A DNA stretch of 61,338 nucleotides from Chiloscyllium plagiosum (lineage: Eukaryota), in contig NC_057719.1 in the NCBI RefSeq assembly GCF_004010195.1, positions 4,327,865 to 4,389,202 on the forward strand. Direction: 5' to 3'. Position numbers and translations under genes: made by a program. Shown piece after piece: positions 1-12,291 of the stretch (the first letter of the stretch is position 1; each line of letters opens with the position of its first letter). The notes under the pieces were generated by a model. The model searched no databases. It had not been told where the DNA came from and was given only the letters and a program-made list of their open reading frames with translations.

Positions 1-62
1 AAATGTCAGATACAGAAACTGTCTGATACAGGACATGTCAGATACCGGACATGTCAGATACA
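1..62. repeat. End of a 16-bp tandem array (unit ~GGACATGTCAGATACA), truncated by the window edge
   Basis: About 4 units visible: ATGTCAGATAC / TGTCTGATAC / ATGTCAGATAC / ATGTCAGATAC. Confidence 0.75.
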
Positions 63-2130
63 TCTCTATCTTAAATTGGAGACTTCTTACTTTTAAATGT
101 CACCCCCTAGTTCTAGTCAAAGGGAAAATATCCTTTCAACATTCACATTATCTATTTCCCTTAGGTCTTATACAATTTCAATAAGATCACCTCTCATTCT
201 TTTACAATGTATATAGGCCCAATCTTTTCTCTTAAAACAATGTCTTCAAGCAAGGAATCAGTCAAGTGAACCTTCACTTTCTTTTTGCAAATGCAATTAC
301 CTTGTTTGAATAAGGAAAAGGAAACTATCGCAATAGTCCAGAAGAGATATCACCAACTCCCTGCATAATGAAAAATATCCCAACTTTTATATACCATTCC
401 CCATGCAGTATTTGGCAACATTCTGTTTCCCTCCCTACTGACTCTACCTGCAAACTGACTTCTTGATTCAACTACCAGGACACCAAGATCACTGCATCCC
501 TCAGAGATCTGCAATCTCTCTCCATAATACTGTCTATGTCTTTTCTGTATTTCCTGCCATAGTGGGCAAGTTTGCATTTTGCCACATTATATTCCCTTTA
601 TCAAACTCTTATTACCTGCAGTTTTATTTCTAGCTAGTTAGAAGTATATAAGCTATTTTCTTCGTTCTTGCTCTATATATTTTTTTCTCCCAACTTATTT
701 ATCCATTGTGATGTTTTTAGACTCTGTCCAGTCTTCTGACTAGCCATTAATCTTCACGGATTTGTGCATTTTTTTCTTTTAATTTAGTTCTAATTTCAAT
801 TGTTTCAAATAGCCCAGGATGGCATGTCCTTCCCTAAAGGCTTACTTTCTCATTGGAATCTATCTTTGTTGAAGGTTATAAAATAATCCTTTAAATGCCT
901 GTCAACATTTCTCTACTGTTATCTCCCTTAATTGAATTTCCCAGTTCATTTTAACTAGCTCTAATTTCACACTCTTATAATTGTTATTTGAGTTTAAAAC
1001 ATTAGGCTGTGACCCACTCCTCTCTCCCTCAGACTGAATATGAAATTCAATCATGTTATGATCTCTGTCCCCAGGCACTCTTTTCTATGAAGATCATAAA
1101 TCAAACCCATCTCATTACATATTACCAGGGACTGGATTACATGTTCTCTGGCCAGTTTTAAAATGTGCTACTCAAAGAAACTATTGTGAACATACTCCAT
1201 GAACTCCCTTCCAGATTACCTTTATCCATATCATTCATCCAATTGATCCAATGGATTAAAACATTCTACAGTATGGTCGCTACAGGAGAGCCATACTGCC
1301 ACATTTGATTTCTTACCTTTAATATTTCCTATCTCTACCCAAACTCATTCTGCATCTTATTCCTCAGAATGTCAAGATTCACTATCATTCTAATGCTACC
1401 TGTATTTATCAGAGATATCCCGCCACCTTTTCTTACCTTCCGTCCTTCTGAAATGTCATGTATCCTGAAATATTCGGGTCTCAGCCTTTGTCACCTTGCA
1501 GCCATGTCTCTATAATGACAATCAGTTCATGCATCTTTATTTCTATTTGAGCTGAAAATTCCTCCATTGTTGGGACTGCTACATGCATTCAGATACAGCA
1601 TATTTAGTTCTGTCTTGTTATTTTGTTTTGCAATATCTAGCCGAATGTGCTAGCACACTCTTAAGTTTGAGAGTTCTGCCCTTTCCTATCATGTTCTGAC
1701 TTCCGTTATCCATGTTACTACACTGTCTCGTCCTTTCTGTTTAGTTTATCACATGCTCATTCATACAATCCCTTAACAGCTCCATTTAGTTTTACACCTT
1801 TTCTGCTGATCCAAGGATATGATTATCTGAACACTGTTCCCAGAACAGCCCTGGTGTAGACCATCTCATAGTACAGCTCCCACTTCCCTTAGTACTGGTG
1901 CCAGAGTGCCATGAATTCAAAACCATTTTTCATATAGGAATCTTTCAAGTATGCATTTAACTCTATAATCTTATTTACCACTGGCTAATTTGATCATGAC
2001 TCAGGAAATAATCCAGGATTACCTATCAAAGACATCAGAATTTAGAGATAGTTAACTTTGTGGTACTGACGTTAGATTTAGCCTTTAGGAACTCATATTG
2101 CTAAGAAGAACCTCTTCCCTGGCTTGATCT
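63..2130 (-). mobile_element. Old, heavily decayed CR1 LINE (3' end at left, ORF1 esterase region at right)
   Basis: TTTCAATAAGATCACCTCTCATTCTT resembles other CR1 3' ends here (e.g. 34743). 1850-2020 is collinear with the CR1 ORF1 region at 27620-27800 (ATAATCCAGGATTACC vs GTAATCCAGATATTAC). Confidence 0.6.
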
Positions 2131-2612
2131 ATATCACTGATACTGGTTCCAGTCCAAATCATTGATACCTGGATCAATCAATATCAGTGACATCTGGTCC
2201 TATTGATATCGCTGATACCTGGTCATATCTCTAACACTGATACCAAGTTCGATCAATATCATTGAAACCTGGTCTAATCGATATCAAAGATAGGAGAATG
2301 TATCTATATTATTGATATCTAGAGCTATTTACATCACTGATATCTGGTCTTATCAATATCACTGATACCCAGTTGGATTGTTATAATTGACACCTTCTGC
2401 TAACAAGATCACTGTTTTCCATGTTATCTATACCTTTGACACTTGGTCTCATCAAGATCACTGATGTCTGGTTCTATCTATATCATTGATATCTAATCAT
2501 ATCAATATCATTGATATCTGATACCATCAATATCATTGATACCTGGTCGTATCAATATCATTGAAACTTGGTCCTGTCAATATCACTGATACCTGGTCCT
2601 ATCTGTATCGCC
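2116..2612. repeat. Degenerate 25-bp minisatellite, ~20 units (CCTGGTCNTATCAATATCATTGATA)
   Basis: Units read directly, e.g. CCTGGTCGTATCAATATCATTGAAA, CTTGGTCCTGTCAATATCACTGATA. Confidence 0.85.
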
Positions 2613-2624
2613 TGACCATTGCCA

Positions 2625-3025
2625 TTGGTCTTCTGAGCCATTATGAGTTTGAATCCCAGTTCAGAAGCTAGTGGACTCTCTCGTGCAGTGGGTATGCTCT
2701 TTCAGAGATTCTGCCTTCCAAGCAGAGACACTGAACTGAGGGCTCATCTCTCAATCAGCTGACCATAGAGATTCCCAAAAGAGTGTCCACACAAGAGAAT
2801 GCGAGTTATCCCTAGAGACATGAATCCAAGATTCATCCTCAGCAGACATACAGAAACATTGAATTTCCTGGTCATTAAAACATTGTTGTTTTGGGGAAGG
2901 TTCCTACCTGCTTCTTGGCAGCCGTGTTTCTGCCATTACAACAGGGGACTACAAGAGTACTGCAATTGTAAAGCTCTTTGGAACATTTTGTCATTGTGAA
3001 TGGTGTTACATAGAATCTTTCTTTT
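2625..3025 (+). mobile_element. Ancient Deu-domain SINE (SacSINE1/AmnSINE1-like)
   Basis: B-box-like GAGTTTGAATCCC, then Deu-like blocks in order (CTGGTCATTAAAACATTGTTGTTT, TTGGCAGCCGTGTTTCTGCCATTACAACAG), then an L2-like tail (TGTAAAGCTCTTTGG...GTGAATGGTGTTACATA). Matched from memory of the consensus. Confidence 0.65.
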
Positions 3026-3844
3026 CTTGAAGAATGGAACTGGGTAAAAGGGACCTCAATCCATTTTATTTCACACCCATTCAATGAAACAGCGTAACAA
3101 CACGCCCAGAAAGTTCCATCTGCCGCAGAGGAAGAAAACTTCACCACGTTTGCCTCAGTCAACATAAAGAGCATGCTCAGCGAATTTGGGTTTCCCCCGA
3201 GCCGGGGAGTGTGCCTCACTTTAATACAGCTGTTTGCCTTAAGAGAAAAGCATAGATTTGATTCTGTGCTTGGATTGATAAATTAATAGGGTTTGCATGT
3301 CAGGTTCTTCTGTAGATGCTGAAACTGTATATGCAGGAAGAGAATTCGTAACAGAGGTTTGGGGGATTTCGTCTCTGATTTAATAAATGAAACAGGATGG
3401 ATTTGAGGAGCTATAGCATAAATCTTCCCTTCCTCTAATTGGAAGGAAATTAACCTAAATCCAGCTCAGAGTTTTCTTCGCTTTCTATCCAAATATATAA
3501 ATCTCTCCGTTTACATACATATAATACTCCAAAGGACTCCAACATGCAGTGACCAGGCTTTTTGTGGTGAGCATTAATTTAATTAGTCACAGAAAATTCC
3601 TACCTGATCCAGTCAGTGTTGAACAGGAAGAAGGTTTACTGTGGGTAACAAGAGGTATTTTTAAAGACTGCTGCTTCTTGACCTGAGACTGAAGTTTTAA
3701 GGATTTTTCTCTTTCAAAGGCCCCAATTTACCAGGTCTCATTGCAGGTTTTCTCATCCAATTTGAAGGATTGTGGGAGCTTTTTTTTTAAACAGCTGTTT
3801 GTATTTTTAATTTTAAACGTTTGTAATTATCAGTAACTCACAAA

Positions 3845-4265
3845 GTCCACATGAAACCAAGAAACGGCTAGAGACACTGGATACTGCAAAGGCAATGGGC
3901 CCTGATAACATCCCAGCAATAGTACTGAAGACATGTGTTCCAGCCCTTGCCGCTCCCCTAGCCAAGCTCTACCAGTACAGTTACAACACTGACACCTACC
4001 CAACAATGTGGAAAATTACCCAGGTATGTCCCACACACAAAGAGCAGGACAAATCCAATCCAGGTAACTCCCACCCCATCGGCCTATTCTCAATCATCAA
4101 TAAAATGACGGAAGGCGTCATCATCATTGCGTTTGGAAAAGGATAAGCTGCATCTCAGTTTGGGTTCTTTCAAAGCCACTCTGCTCTGGATTTTGCTAAA
4201 GTCTTGGTCTAAAATAGTCAAAAGAACTAAATTAGAGAGGGGAGCTGGGAGTGACTGTCCTTAAC
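3845..4265 (+). mobile_element. Non-LTR retrotransposon RT fragment, second CR1/L2-group family (here 'LINE-B')
   Basis: ORF 3895-4146 GPDNIPAIVLK...PTMWKITQVCPTHK...NSHPIGLFSIINKMTE matches the N-terminal RT motifs of non-LTR elements. Confidence 0.85.
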
Positions 4266-4544
4266 ACACACAAGTGAAGAGCATTGTTCAGTTAGGGTAC
4301 ATAGATCACTTATAAAGGGAGATTTATTGGACATTTAGTTGGGAGGATGCAAACATATGTAATGTTGCATTCTTTAAATAATAAACTATTCAGAATAAGA
4401 TTTATTTCGAATTAAATTCTTCACCAGCTGTCTTAACCAGTTCTCTGATCTCAATGTTCCAGCTCCCATGGTAATTTGAAAAGTCTGATTGGGGCGGGCC
4501 ATTTTTCAGGCAATTGAAATGGCCATCTAAAAAATATTGAGACC

Positions 4545-4920
4545 ATGAGGAACATGGGAACAGAATGAGAATATTTAGTCACCCAAGTCTCTTCCAGTTG
4601 ATCTGTGCTCTACATCCAAGTGCCCCCTTTCAGATCCCCATCCCTTTGAACCTTTGGATGATGTGGTCTATCATTCTCAGATTTAAAATTGCCATTGATC
4701 GCACCAGTTACAAAAGAGTGGCCTAAATCATCTACGATCCTTTCTGTGAAGGTGTGTTGCCTAATTTTATTCCCAAAAGATCTGCCTTTCATTTATAGTA
4801 CTAGGCCCAAACAGCAGAAATAATTTCTCTCCAACAACCCTGTCAGTTCCTCATGTTATCTTGAAAACTTCCATCAAATTATCCCTAACTTCCTAAAGTC
4901 AGGGAACGCAAGCCTAGATG
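4545..4920 (-). mobile_element. Decayed CR1 3' end
   Basis: Minus-strand peptide IRQHTFTERIV...NFKSEND resembles the CR1 ORF2 C-terminus (RxxFFTQRVV...FKxELD). Confidence 0.55.
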
Positions 4921-5274
4921 CCAATGTCAGAGCTAGTGCCTTATCTCGATTTGCCAGCACCAATTGGATGAATTTATCCAGATTTCAACATGCCTTCTGC
5001 TTCCAGACAGCCTACTGAAGTTAGAACTAATTGACAACAATATCCAGATATTTATTTTTACATTAACAGAACATAAAATATTTGCATGTTTCTATGATTA
5101 TCCTCCTGAATTCTTCATGGGAAATAACCAGGAGATTAATCTTCGATTCTTGGATGTTCAAGGTCAGTGATACTGAATTTTCACCCAACATTTCCTTGTT
5201 CCAAACAGCCCAAGCCTCAGCTTTTAGAGAATGTATCAGTCTATTGTTTAGAGATGAATCTCTTTCCGAATTTC

Positions 5275-5720
5275 TGCAGAGCTGACAGGAGCTGGAGTGC
5301 CGAGATTAGCCTATAATCTGAACCAATGGAAGGGGAATTCAAACAGGATGTGGTATAGACAGGTGGGGAGGCAATGCACAGTGGTAGTGGATCAGCCGTA
5401 ATCCTATTAAATGGTGAATAAGTCAATGTTTTGGGTATAACCCTTCTCCAGGACTGGAGGTGGGTGTAAGGGGAGCTGCAGATACAAGGGGTATGGGGGG
5501 TGGGAGGGGGCGCAGGGGAAAGGGAGGTTGTGAGGTGGGGCCACTCTGTCCTCCACCCCTTTTATCTGCAGTTCCCACCACACCCACACCCCCTCCTAGA
5601 GAAGGGTTAGATCCAAAACACTGACTTCTCCAACTCCTGATGCTGCCTGGCTTGCTGTGTTCTTCCATCCTCCTGCCTGTCTACCTCGGATTCCAGCATC
5701 TGCAGTTTATTTATCTCCAA
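5275..5720. mobile_element. Penelope-like terminal repeat, inverted pair with decayed hammerhead cores
   Basis: Inverted (AACCCTTCTCCAGGA) and direct (CTAGAGAAGGGTTA) hammerhead relics followed by the pLTR tail GATGCTGCCTG...CCAGCATCTGCAG. Confidence 0.65.
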
Positions 5721-5799
5721 CCATGATTCTATTGAATGGCAGAGTAGCCTCAACGGGCCAAATGGCCTAATCCTGTTCCTATTTCTTATCAACCAATGG

Positions 5800-6060
5800 T
5801 TTTAATAAATCCCAGAGACCCAGGTAATGCTGTGGGGACATGGGTTTGAACCCTGCCCAGATGGTGGAATCCAAATTCAATAAAAATCTGGAATTAAGAA
5901 TCTAATGATGACCATGAAACCATTGTCAATTGTCAGCAAAGCCCATCTGATTCACCAATGCCCTTATCTGGTCTAGCCTACATGTGACTCCAGACCCACA
6001 GCAATGTAATTGACTCTTAACTGCCCTCTGGGCAATAAGGGATGGGCAATAAATGCATAA
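5800..6060 (+). mobile_element. tRNA-derived SINE ('SINE-B') with a LINE-B-type tail
   Basis: GGGTTTGAACCC B-box; body shared with copies at 12292, 15012 and 39415; tail GGGCAATAAGGGATGGGCAATAAATGC. Confidence 0.8.
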
Positions 6061-6398
6061 AAGTAAATGACTGACAATTGTTTGATGCTCAGCAGCGACA
6101 TTACAAATCTACTCTGAGTCACCAGCTTGCATGAACTCTTTCTAATATTCTGCTTGTTCTATGAATTTGTATCTGGGACTTATTAAACTAAATATAACAA
6201 TAATAATATAATTTCATGGGTGCCTGACAGTGTTACCTGACCATGAGGTTGTTTCATTTTCTTCATGAGGCTTTCAGTTCAATAAGTTCTCAGAATGGTG
6301 TCTCAGCTAATCTAAGATGGGCGTCTTGTTAGTGAACATGTGTTCTTTTCTCACTTATTCACAGGTTGAGGACATTGCTAGATAGGCCAGCATTTGTT

Positions 6399-6540
6399 GA
6401 ACATAGAACATAGAATAATATAGCACAGTGCAGGCCCTCGATGTTGTGCTAGCCTTTTATCCTACTCTAAACTCAGACTCACCTACATACCCATCGTTGT
6501 ACTAACCTGTATGTGCCTATCCAAGATTCCATCCCTAATT
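6399..6540 (-). mobile_element. CR1 3' tail fragment
   Basis: (GAACATA)n terminal microsatellite followed by AGCACAGTGCAGGCCC. Confidence 0.6.
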
Positions 6541-6699
6541 TCCCAGAGGGCAATTTGCTATAGATCTGGAGTCTTTTACGTTTGGATTTTCTCATATTCC
6601 TCATTCCATCACTTTTATTGCTAAGCTCCCAGCTTAGTTTGAAACTCGTGTGTCTCCTGCTTTTCATTATTTGTTGAAAGGTGGCAGGCATCAGGTGTT

Positions 6700-8060
6700 A
6701 GACTGGTATTTATTGCCCATCCCTAGTGAGCCTTGAGAAGATGGCAATGAGCTGCCTTCTTGAACTACAACCCACGTGCTGTAGGTTGACCCACAATGCC
6801 CTTAGGGAGGGAATTCCAAGAATTTGACCCAGTGACACTGCAGGAACGGCACTATATTTCCAAGGATGGTGAGTGGCTTGGAGAGGAACTTGCAGGGGAT
6901 GGTGTTTCCATTAAGCTGCTGCCTTTGTCCTTCTAGATGGAAGTGGTCATGGATTTGGAAGGTGCTGTCTAAGGATCTTTGATTAATTTCTGCAGTGCAT
7001 CTTGTAGATAGTACACACTGCTGCTACTGAGCATCGGTGATGGAACAAGTAGATGTTTGTGGATGTGGTGCCAATCAAGTAGACTGCTTTGTCCTGGATG
7101 ATGTTGAGCTTCTTGACTGTCGTTGGAGCTGCACCCATCCAGGGCAAGTGGAGAGTATTCCATCATACTCCTGTAGGTGGTGGGCAAGCTTTGTGAAGTC
7201 AGGAGGTGAGTTACTTGCTGCAGTATTCCTCATCTTTGCAGTATTCCTCATCGCTGACCTGCTCTTGTAGCCAATGTGTTTACATGGCGAGCCCATTCAG
7301 TTTCTAGTCAATGGTTAGCCCCAGGTGTTTGAGAGCAAAGGATTCAGCGATTCTAATGCTATTGAATATTAAGGTGAGGGGGTCAGTTCTCTGTTGTTGG
7401 AGTTGGTCATCACACAGATGTGACTTGCCACTTATCAGCTTAATCCTGACCTTTGTTCAGATCTTGCTGCATATGAACTTATTCTGCTTCAGTATCTGAG
7501 CAATCACAAAAGGACTGAACATCGGTGAACATCACCACTTCTGACCTTATGATGGAGGGAAAGTCATTGATAAAGGAGCTGAAGATGGTTGGACCTAGGA
7601 CACTGGCCAGAGGAACCCCTCCAGAAATCATTAGGAGCTGAGATGACCACAATTATCCTCCTAAGTGTCAGGTATAACCCCAACCAGTGGAGATCTTTCT
7701 CCAGATTCCCATTGACTCCAGCTTTGGTAGAACTCTGTGATGCCACACCCAGTTAAATGCCCCTGTATTGTATAGTATAGTCACCTCTGTAGACCGTCTC
7801 TATTGACCATGAGCTCAGTACTAAGGAGTTGTAGTGGAATGCAAACTGAATGTCAATCAGACAGTTATTCCTTTGAAAGTGCCCCATGGTTGAACTGTCG
7901 ATGATTCCTTCCGTCAGTTTGTCCATGAATGGATGTGGATTGATAAGGCAGTAATTGGCTGAGTTGAATTTGTTTTGCTTTTTGTGTAGAATACGTACCT
8001 GGGCAATTTTCTCCATTGTCAGAGAGATGCCGGTGTTGTAGCTGGACTGGAAGATGCAGC
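6700..8060 (-). mobile_element. LINE-B 3' portion (RT C-terminus and 3' UTR)
   Basis: Minus peptides SMMEYSPLA and SYNTGISLTMEKIAQV...NSANYCLI; homologous to 22880-24150, 37605-38240 and 42100-42600. Confidence 0.85.
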
Positions 8061-8407
8061 TTTCACTGATGCCAGTAAAGTTCGCTTCTCTCAGACTAAT
8101 TTCCTGGGAAAAGTGCATTGAACTTTCTCTTGTGCATTTGGTCCACTTGAGGCTATCATATACACATGTACCAGCAGAGGGAGTCTGCTAGGAATGGATC
8201 ATGCTAGCTGTCATTGCTGAATATATAGCTGTTTCTATCCAACTTCATAATGGACTGAGAATCTTTACCATCCACTCAGCTAAACACATAGGAACTGGGG
8301 ACGACCTCTCAGTCTCTCCAGCCTTTTCTGCTATTCATTTAGAGCATGGTTGATGTGCATTTTAACTCGACTACTTAGAACTCAGCTCCCTTAATATCCA
8401 GTGTCCA

Positions 8408-8610
8408 TATTAACTTGCATTTATGTAACACCTTTAACATGATAAATCATCACAGCAAAAATGATCACAAGTGAAATGTTAACATTAAGCCATATTAGAC
8501 AATATTGGGATTGATACTTAGCCAAAGAGGTTAATTTTAAGGTACATCTGGAAGAAGGTGGAGCGGTTTAAGAAGGGTATTTCAGAGCTCAGGATCTAGG
8601 CAGCTGTTGG
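8408..8610 (-). mobile_element. L2 LINE 3' end
   Basis: AACTTGCATTTATGTAACACCTTTAAC...GCCAAAGAGGTTAATTTTAAGG...TTTCAGAGCTCAGGATCTAGGCAGCTG resembles the antisense L2 3' UTR. It continues at 10745 after a CR1 insertion. Confidence 0.6.
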
Positions 8611-8830
8611 ACATGGGTAATTTGATTAAATAGAGACATACAGTGCACTTAAGTCAAATATTTACTAGAATTCTTTGAAAAGGTAACGGACAAAGTAGAT
8701 AATGGGGAAACAGAGGATGTCATATATCTGGATTTTCAGAAGGTATTTGGTACAGCATCACATATTAGGCTATTTAATAAGAGCACACTGTGTTGGAGGG
8801 AGTAAATCAGGATGGGTAGAAAATTGACTA

Positions 8831-9492
8831 ATGATAGTAAAGAAGGTGCTTGGTATGCTTTCGTTTATAGGTCAGAGTATTGAGTACAGGAGTTGGGAGG
8901 TCATGTTGCAGCTGTACAGGACATTGGTTAGGCCACTGTTGGAATATTGCATGCAATTCTGGTCTCCTTCCTATTGGAAAGATGTTGTGAAACTTGAAAG
9001 GGTTCAGAAAAGATTTACAAGGATGTTGCCAGAGTTGGAGGATTAGAACTATAGGGAGAGACTGAACAGGCTGTGGCTGTTTTCCCTGGAGTATCAGTGG
9101 CTGAGGGGTGGCCTTATAAAGATTTACAAAATTATGAGGGGCATGGATAGGGTAAATAGACAAACTCTTTTCCCTGGGATTGGGGAGTCCAGAACTGGAG
9201 GGCATAGGTTTAGGGTGAGAGGGGAAAGATATAGAAGAGACCTAAGGGGCAACTTTTTCACACAGAGGGTGATACGTGCATGGAATGAGTTGCCAGTGGA
9301 AGTGGTGGAGGCTGGTACAATTGCAATATTTAAGAGGCATTTGGATGGGTATATGAATAGGAAGGGTTTGGAGGGATATGGGCCGGGTGCTGGCAGGTGG
9401 GACTAGATTGGGTTGGGATATCTGGTCGGCATGGACAGGTTGGACCGAAGGGTCTGTTTCCATGCTGTACATCTCTATGACTCTATGACTCT
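8831..9492 (+). mobile_element. Younger 5'-truncated CR1 nested in CR1
   Basis: ORFs LYRTLVRPLLEYCMQFWSP...LERVQKRFTRMLP and RGNFFTQRVIRAWNELP; ends in (CTCTATGA)n. The host reading resumes at TAATAGAAG. Confidence 0.95.
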
Positions 9493-9953
9493 AATAGAAG
9501 AAAAATAATTAGGATAAGAGGGGCACTTTCAGGATGACAACCTGTAATTAGTGATGTGCCATAAGGTTAGGTGTTGGGACCACAATTATTTACAATTAAT
9601 ATTAATCATTTTGTTAAGGAAAGTGAACGCACTATTGCCAAGATTGTGGATGACACAAAAATGGGTGGGAGGGCAAATGATGAGGGCAACAGTCTAGAGA
9701 AGGGTATAGACAAGATAAACCTGGTTGATGGAATATAATATGGGGAAATGTGAGATTATGCACTTTGGCAGGAAGCATGGAGGAGTTGAAAATTGTTTAA
9801 ATAGAGAAAGACTGCAGAGAGCTATAACACAGGGGGATTGGGCAGTCATCATCCATTCAGCACAAAAAAACTAACGGTTAAGTTGAGTGGGTAACAGGGA
9901 AGACAAATGGAATTTTGCCCTATATTTCAAAGAGAATGGAATGTAAAATTAAT

Positions 9954-10148
9954 GAGTCAAGATTAGAGTGGTGCTGGAAAAAGCACAGCAGGTCAGGCAG
10001 CATCCGAGGAGCAGGAAAATCAGCCTTCATCAGGATTCCCGAAATGTCGATTTTCCTGCTCCTCAGATGCTGCCTGACCTGCTGTGCTTTTCCAGCACCA
10101 CTCTAATCTTGACTCTGATCCCCAGCATCTGCAGTCCTCATTTTCGCC
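9954..10148. mobile_element. Palindromic solo Penelope-like terminal repeat
   Basis: GAGTCAAGATTAGAGTGGTGCTGGAAAA...TTTTCCAGCACCACTCTAATCTTGACTC inverted arms; flanked by direct repeat TGTAAAATTA (9942-9951 / 10149-10158). Confidence 0.85.
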
Positions 10149-10744
10149 TGTAAAATTAGTGAGGTCTTGCTAAAAGTATGCAAGGCACTAACTAGATCAC
10201 AGCTGGGATACTGTGAACAGTTTTGGTTCCCTTTTCTAAGGAAAGATATACTGGCTTGGAGGCAGTCCTCAGAATGTTCATTAGCTTGATACTGGGTATG
10301 GAGCAACTGTTTTATCAGGAGAAGTTGAGTAGATTGGGATAATGCTTGTCAGAACTTAAGGGAATGAGAGGTAACATTATTAACATTTACAAAATTCTTA
10401 GGGGACTTGACAGTGCAGATGTGGAGAGAATGTGACCCCTTGTAGGAGAGTTTAGGACCAGATGGAATCCCTCAGAATAAGGGATCATACATTTCACACA
10501 GAGATGAGGATAAATTTCTTCTCTCAGAGGGAGTGAATCTGTAGAATTCTTTAGCACAGAAGGCTGCAGAGGCTGGGTCATTAAGTAAATTCAAGGCGAA
10601 GACAGGCAGGGTTTCAATTGATAAAGGAATCAAGGGTTATGGGAAAAAGGCAGGAAAGTGAAGTTGACGATTATCAAATCAGCCACAATCTCATTGAAAG
10701 ATTCGATGGGCTGAATGGCATGCTTCTACTGTGGTCTTATCTGA

Positions 10745-10897
10745 TATCAAAGTTGCAGCTAGTCTAGTTTAGTGTCAGACAGTTCCCCAGGAGAGGGATG
10801 GATTTGGAAGCTAACAGATGGAATTTGGAGTGGTGACCAAAAACAATGGCTTCAGAATTCCCAATATTTACTTGGAGGAAATTCCTGCTCACCCACA
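10745..10897 (-). mobile_element. L2 RT C-terminal fragment
   Basis: Minus peptide WVSRNFLQVNIGNSEAIVFG matches the L2-type WMxxNFLxLNxxKTE motif. Confidence 0.7.
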
Positions 10898-11699
10898 AAG
10901 AGGGCTTCGGGTTAGCAGAAGGACCATTGAGGAGGGGTCTCCCAATCTCAGTTTTGATGTTGTTCATTGGCTGCTGGGCTTCAATGCTTCACACCATTTG
11001 TTTGAAGAAGTTATCCTGTCATTGGCCGAGCTCAGTCCTTTTGGCATCGCGATCCCGATTTTCCCACTGGAGGAAATCGTTTTTCTCTATCCACCCTAAC
11101 TAGTCCATTAATCATCTTGGACACTGTCTTGATGAGCAAATCTGCCGTGCGAAACAGTAATGTGTCCAGGCTCGCTGACGTGAGAAAAAAATAGAAATGA
11201 TTGGTCATGAACTATCATGACCATTAATGTGGTGTCAAAGCCAGACCTGGCAAACATCACATCAGGCAGGACTTGAGCTGTTAATTATGTCCGGGTTGAT
11301 TCAAGTGATAGAAATAATAATTATTACTATAATTGCAGGCTTATTGAGAAAGAACCTAGAAGGTCCAAAGAAATTGGCTTCCATTTGAAAGGTCGTGAAG
11401 GGTATTTTGGGGTAACTGCCCTGGGATATTAACTTCACATCTGTTTATCTTCCTGTCCGGCCTCTCTCTCTCTCGAGTTGGAAACTTGCCACTAGTAAGA
11501 TCATGGAAAGACTCAGTGAGAGGAATTTGAGAAGGATTATGTGATTGTGTTTGTTCACATGGGTTCGGTACTGGTGCCCAGGCAGTGTAACGTGCTTCAC
11601 TGCTCTGGTCCATGGTGAGACAGGCTTGCTGTCATTTCTGTAAGTGAATATGCTGGGTGGATTTTCACTTTCGCACATGGGGGACTTAATAAACGGTAG

Positions 11700-12215
11700 C
11701 AAATCAATCAGTTATGTGACATCATTTGTGTGGATGTATGTCTGGCTGTGTATGCCTGACACTCTGTCTCTATGTTTGTTCCTGCACAAAAGTGGCTGTG
11801 TGTATCTGATTGAATGTGTCTGTCTGTCTGTGTGACTCTGTGTGTGTATGTGTGCGTGTGCACGTGTGCGCCTATGTGTCTTTGTCTGTGTCCCTATGAT
11901 TATATGCGTGTTTGTCTGTCTGTGTGTGTCTGTGACTCTGTGTGTGAATGTGACTACTTGTGTGTATTTCAGGATCAGTTTGTAAATTCGAGACAAAGAG
12001 AGAGAGCGAGAGAGTGCGTGTGTCTGTATGTGTGCCTGTTGTGTCTGGATGTGTGTCAGTCTACATTTGGTTGATGGTTGGTGAATCTGCATCTGTCTGT
12101 AATTATCTGTTTGTATATATCTGTACGTATCAGTCAGTTAGTGTGTGTGTGTATGTGTATATACATGTGTGTGTGTTGCTCTCTCTCTCTCTCTCTCTCT
12201 CCCTCTCCCTCTCTG
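11700..12215. repeat. (TG)n/(GA)n/(CT)n-rich compound microsatellite
   Basis: Directly visible; produces spurious CVCV and THTH ORFs. Confidence 0.9.
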
Positions 12216-12291
12216 TGCTGCTGAGAATGAACAGATTGCACCCCAGTCATGAATACTGTCTCATAGATCAGCAGTTGGTTCGTGTGGTGAA

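Larger units (their letters stand above)
8650..10740 (+). mobile_element. CR1 LINE (RT to 3' end), host of two nested insertions
   Basis: DVIYLDFQKVF-like coding at 8716, GVP..VLGPQLF and KxVDDTKMGG region at 9550-9670, and a CR1 3' UTR at 10600-10740. Confidence 0.9.

Noticed and set aside
2116..2612. CRISPR-like appearance (short repeats with internal hairpins)
   Set aside because: Units are contiguous with no unique spacers, there are no cas genes, and the context is vertebrate.
4486..4500. Adjacent CCAAT (reverse) and GC box, GATTGGGGCGGGCC
   Set aside because: Isolated motif with no CpG island or downstream exon; not enough to call a promoter.
10900..11100. Apparently unique coding-like sequence
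   Set aside because: Minus strand reads VDREKRFPPVGKSGSR and NIKTEIGR, consistent with a decayed CR1 C-terminus.
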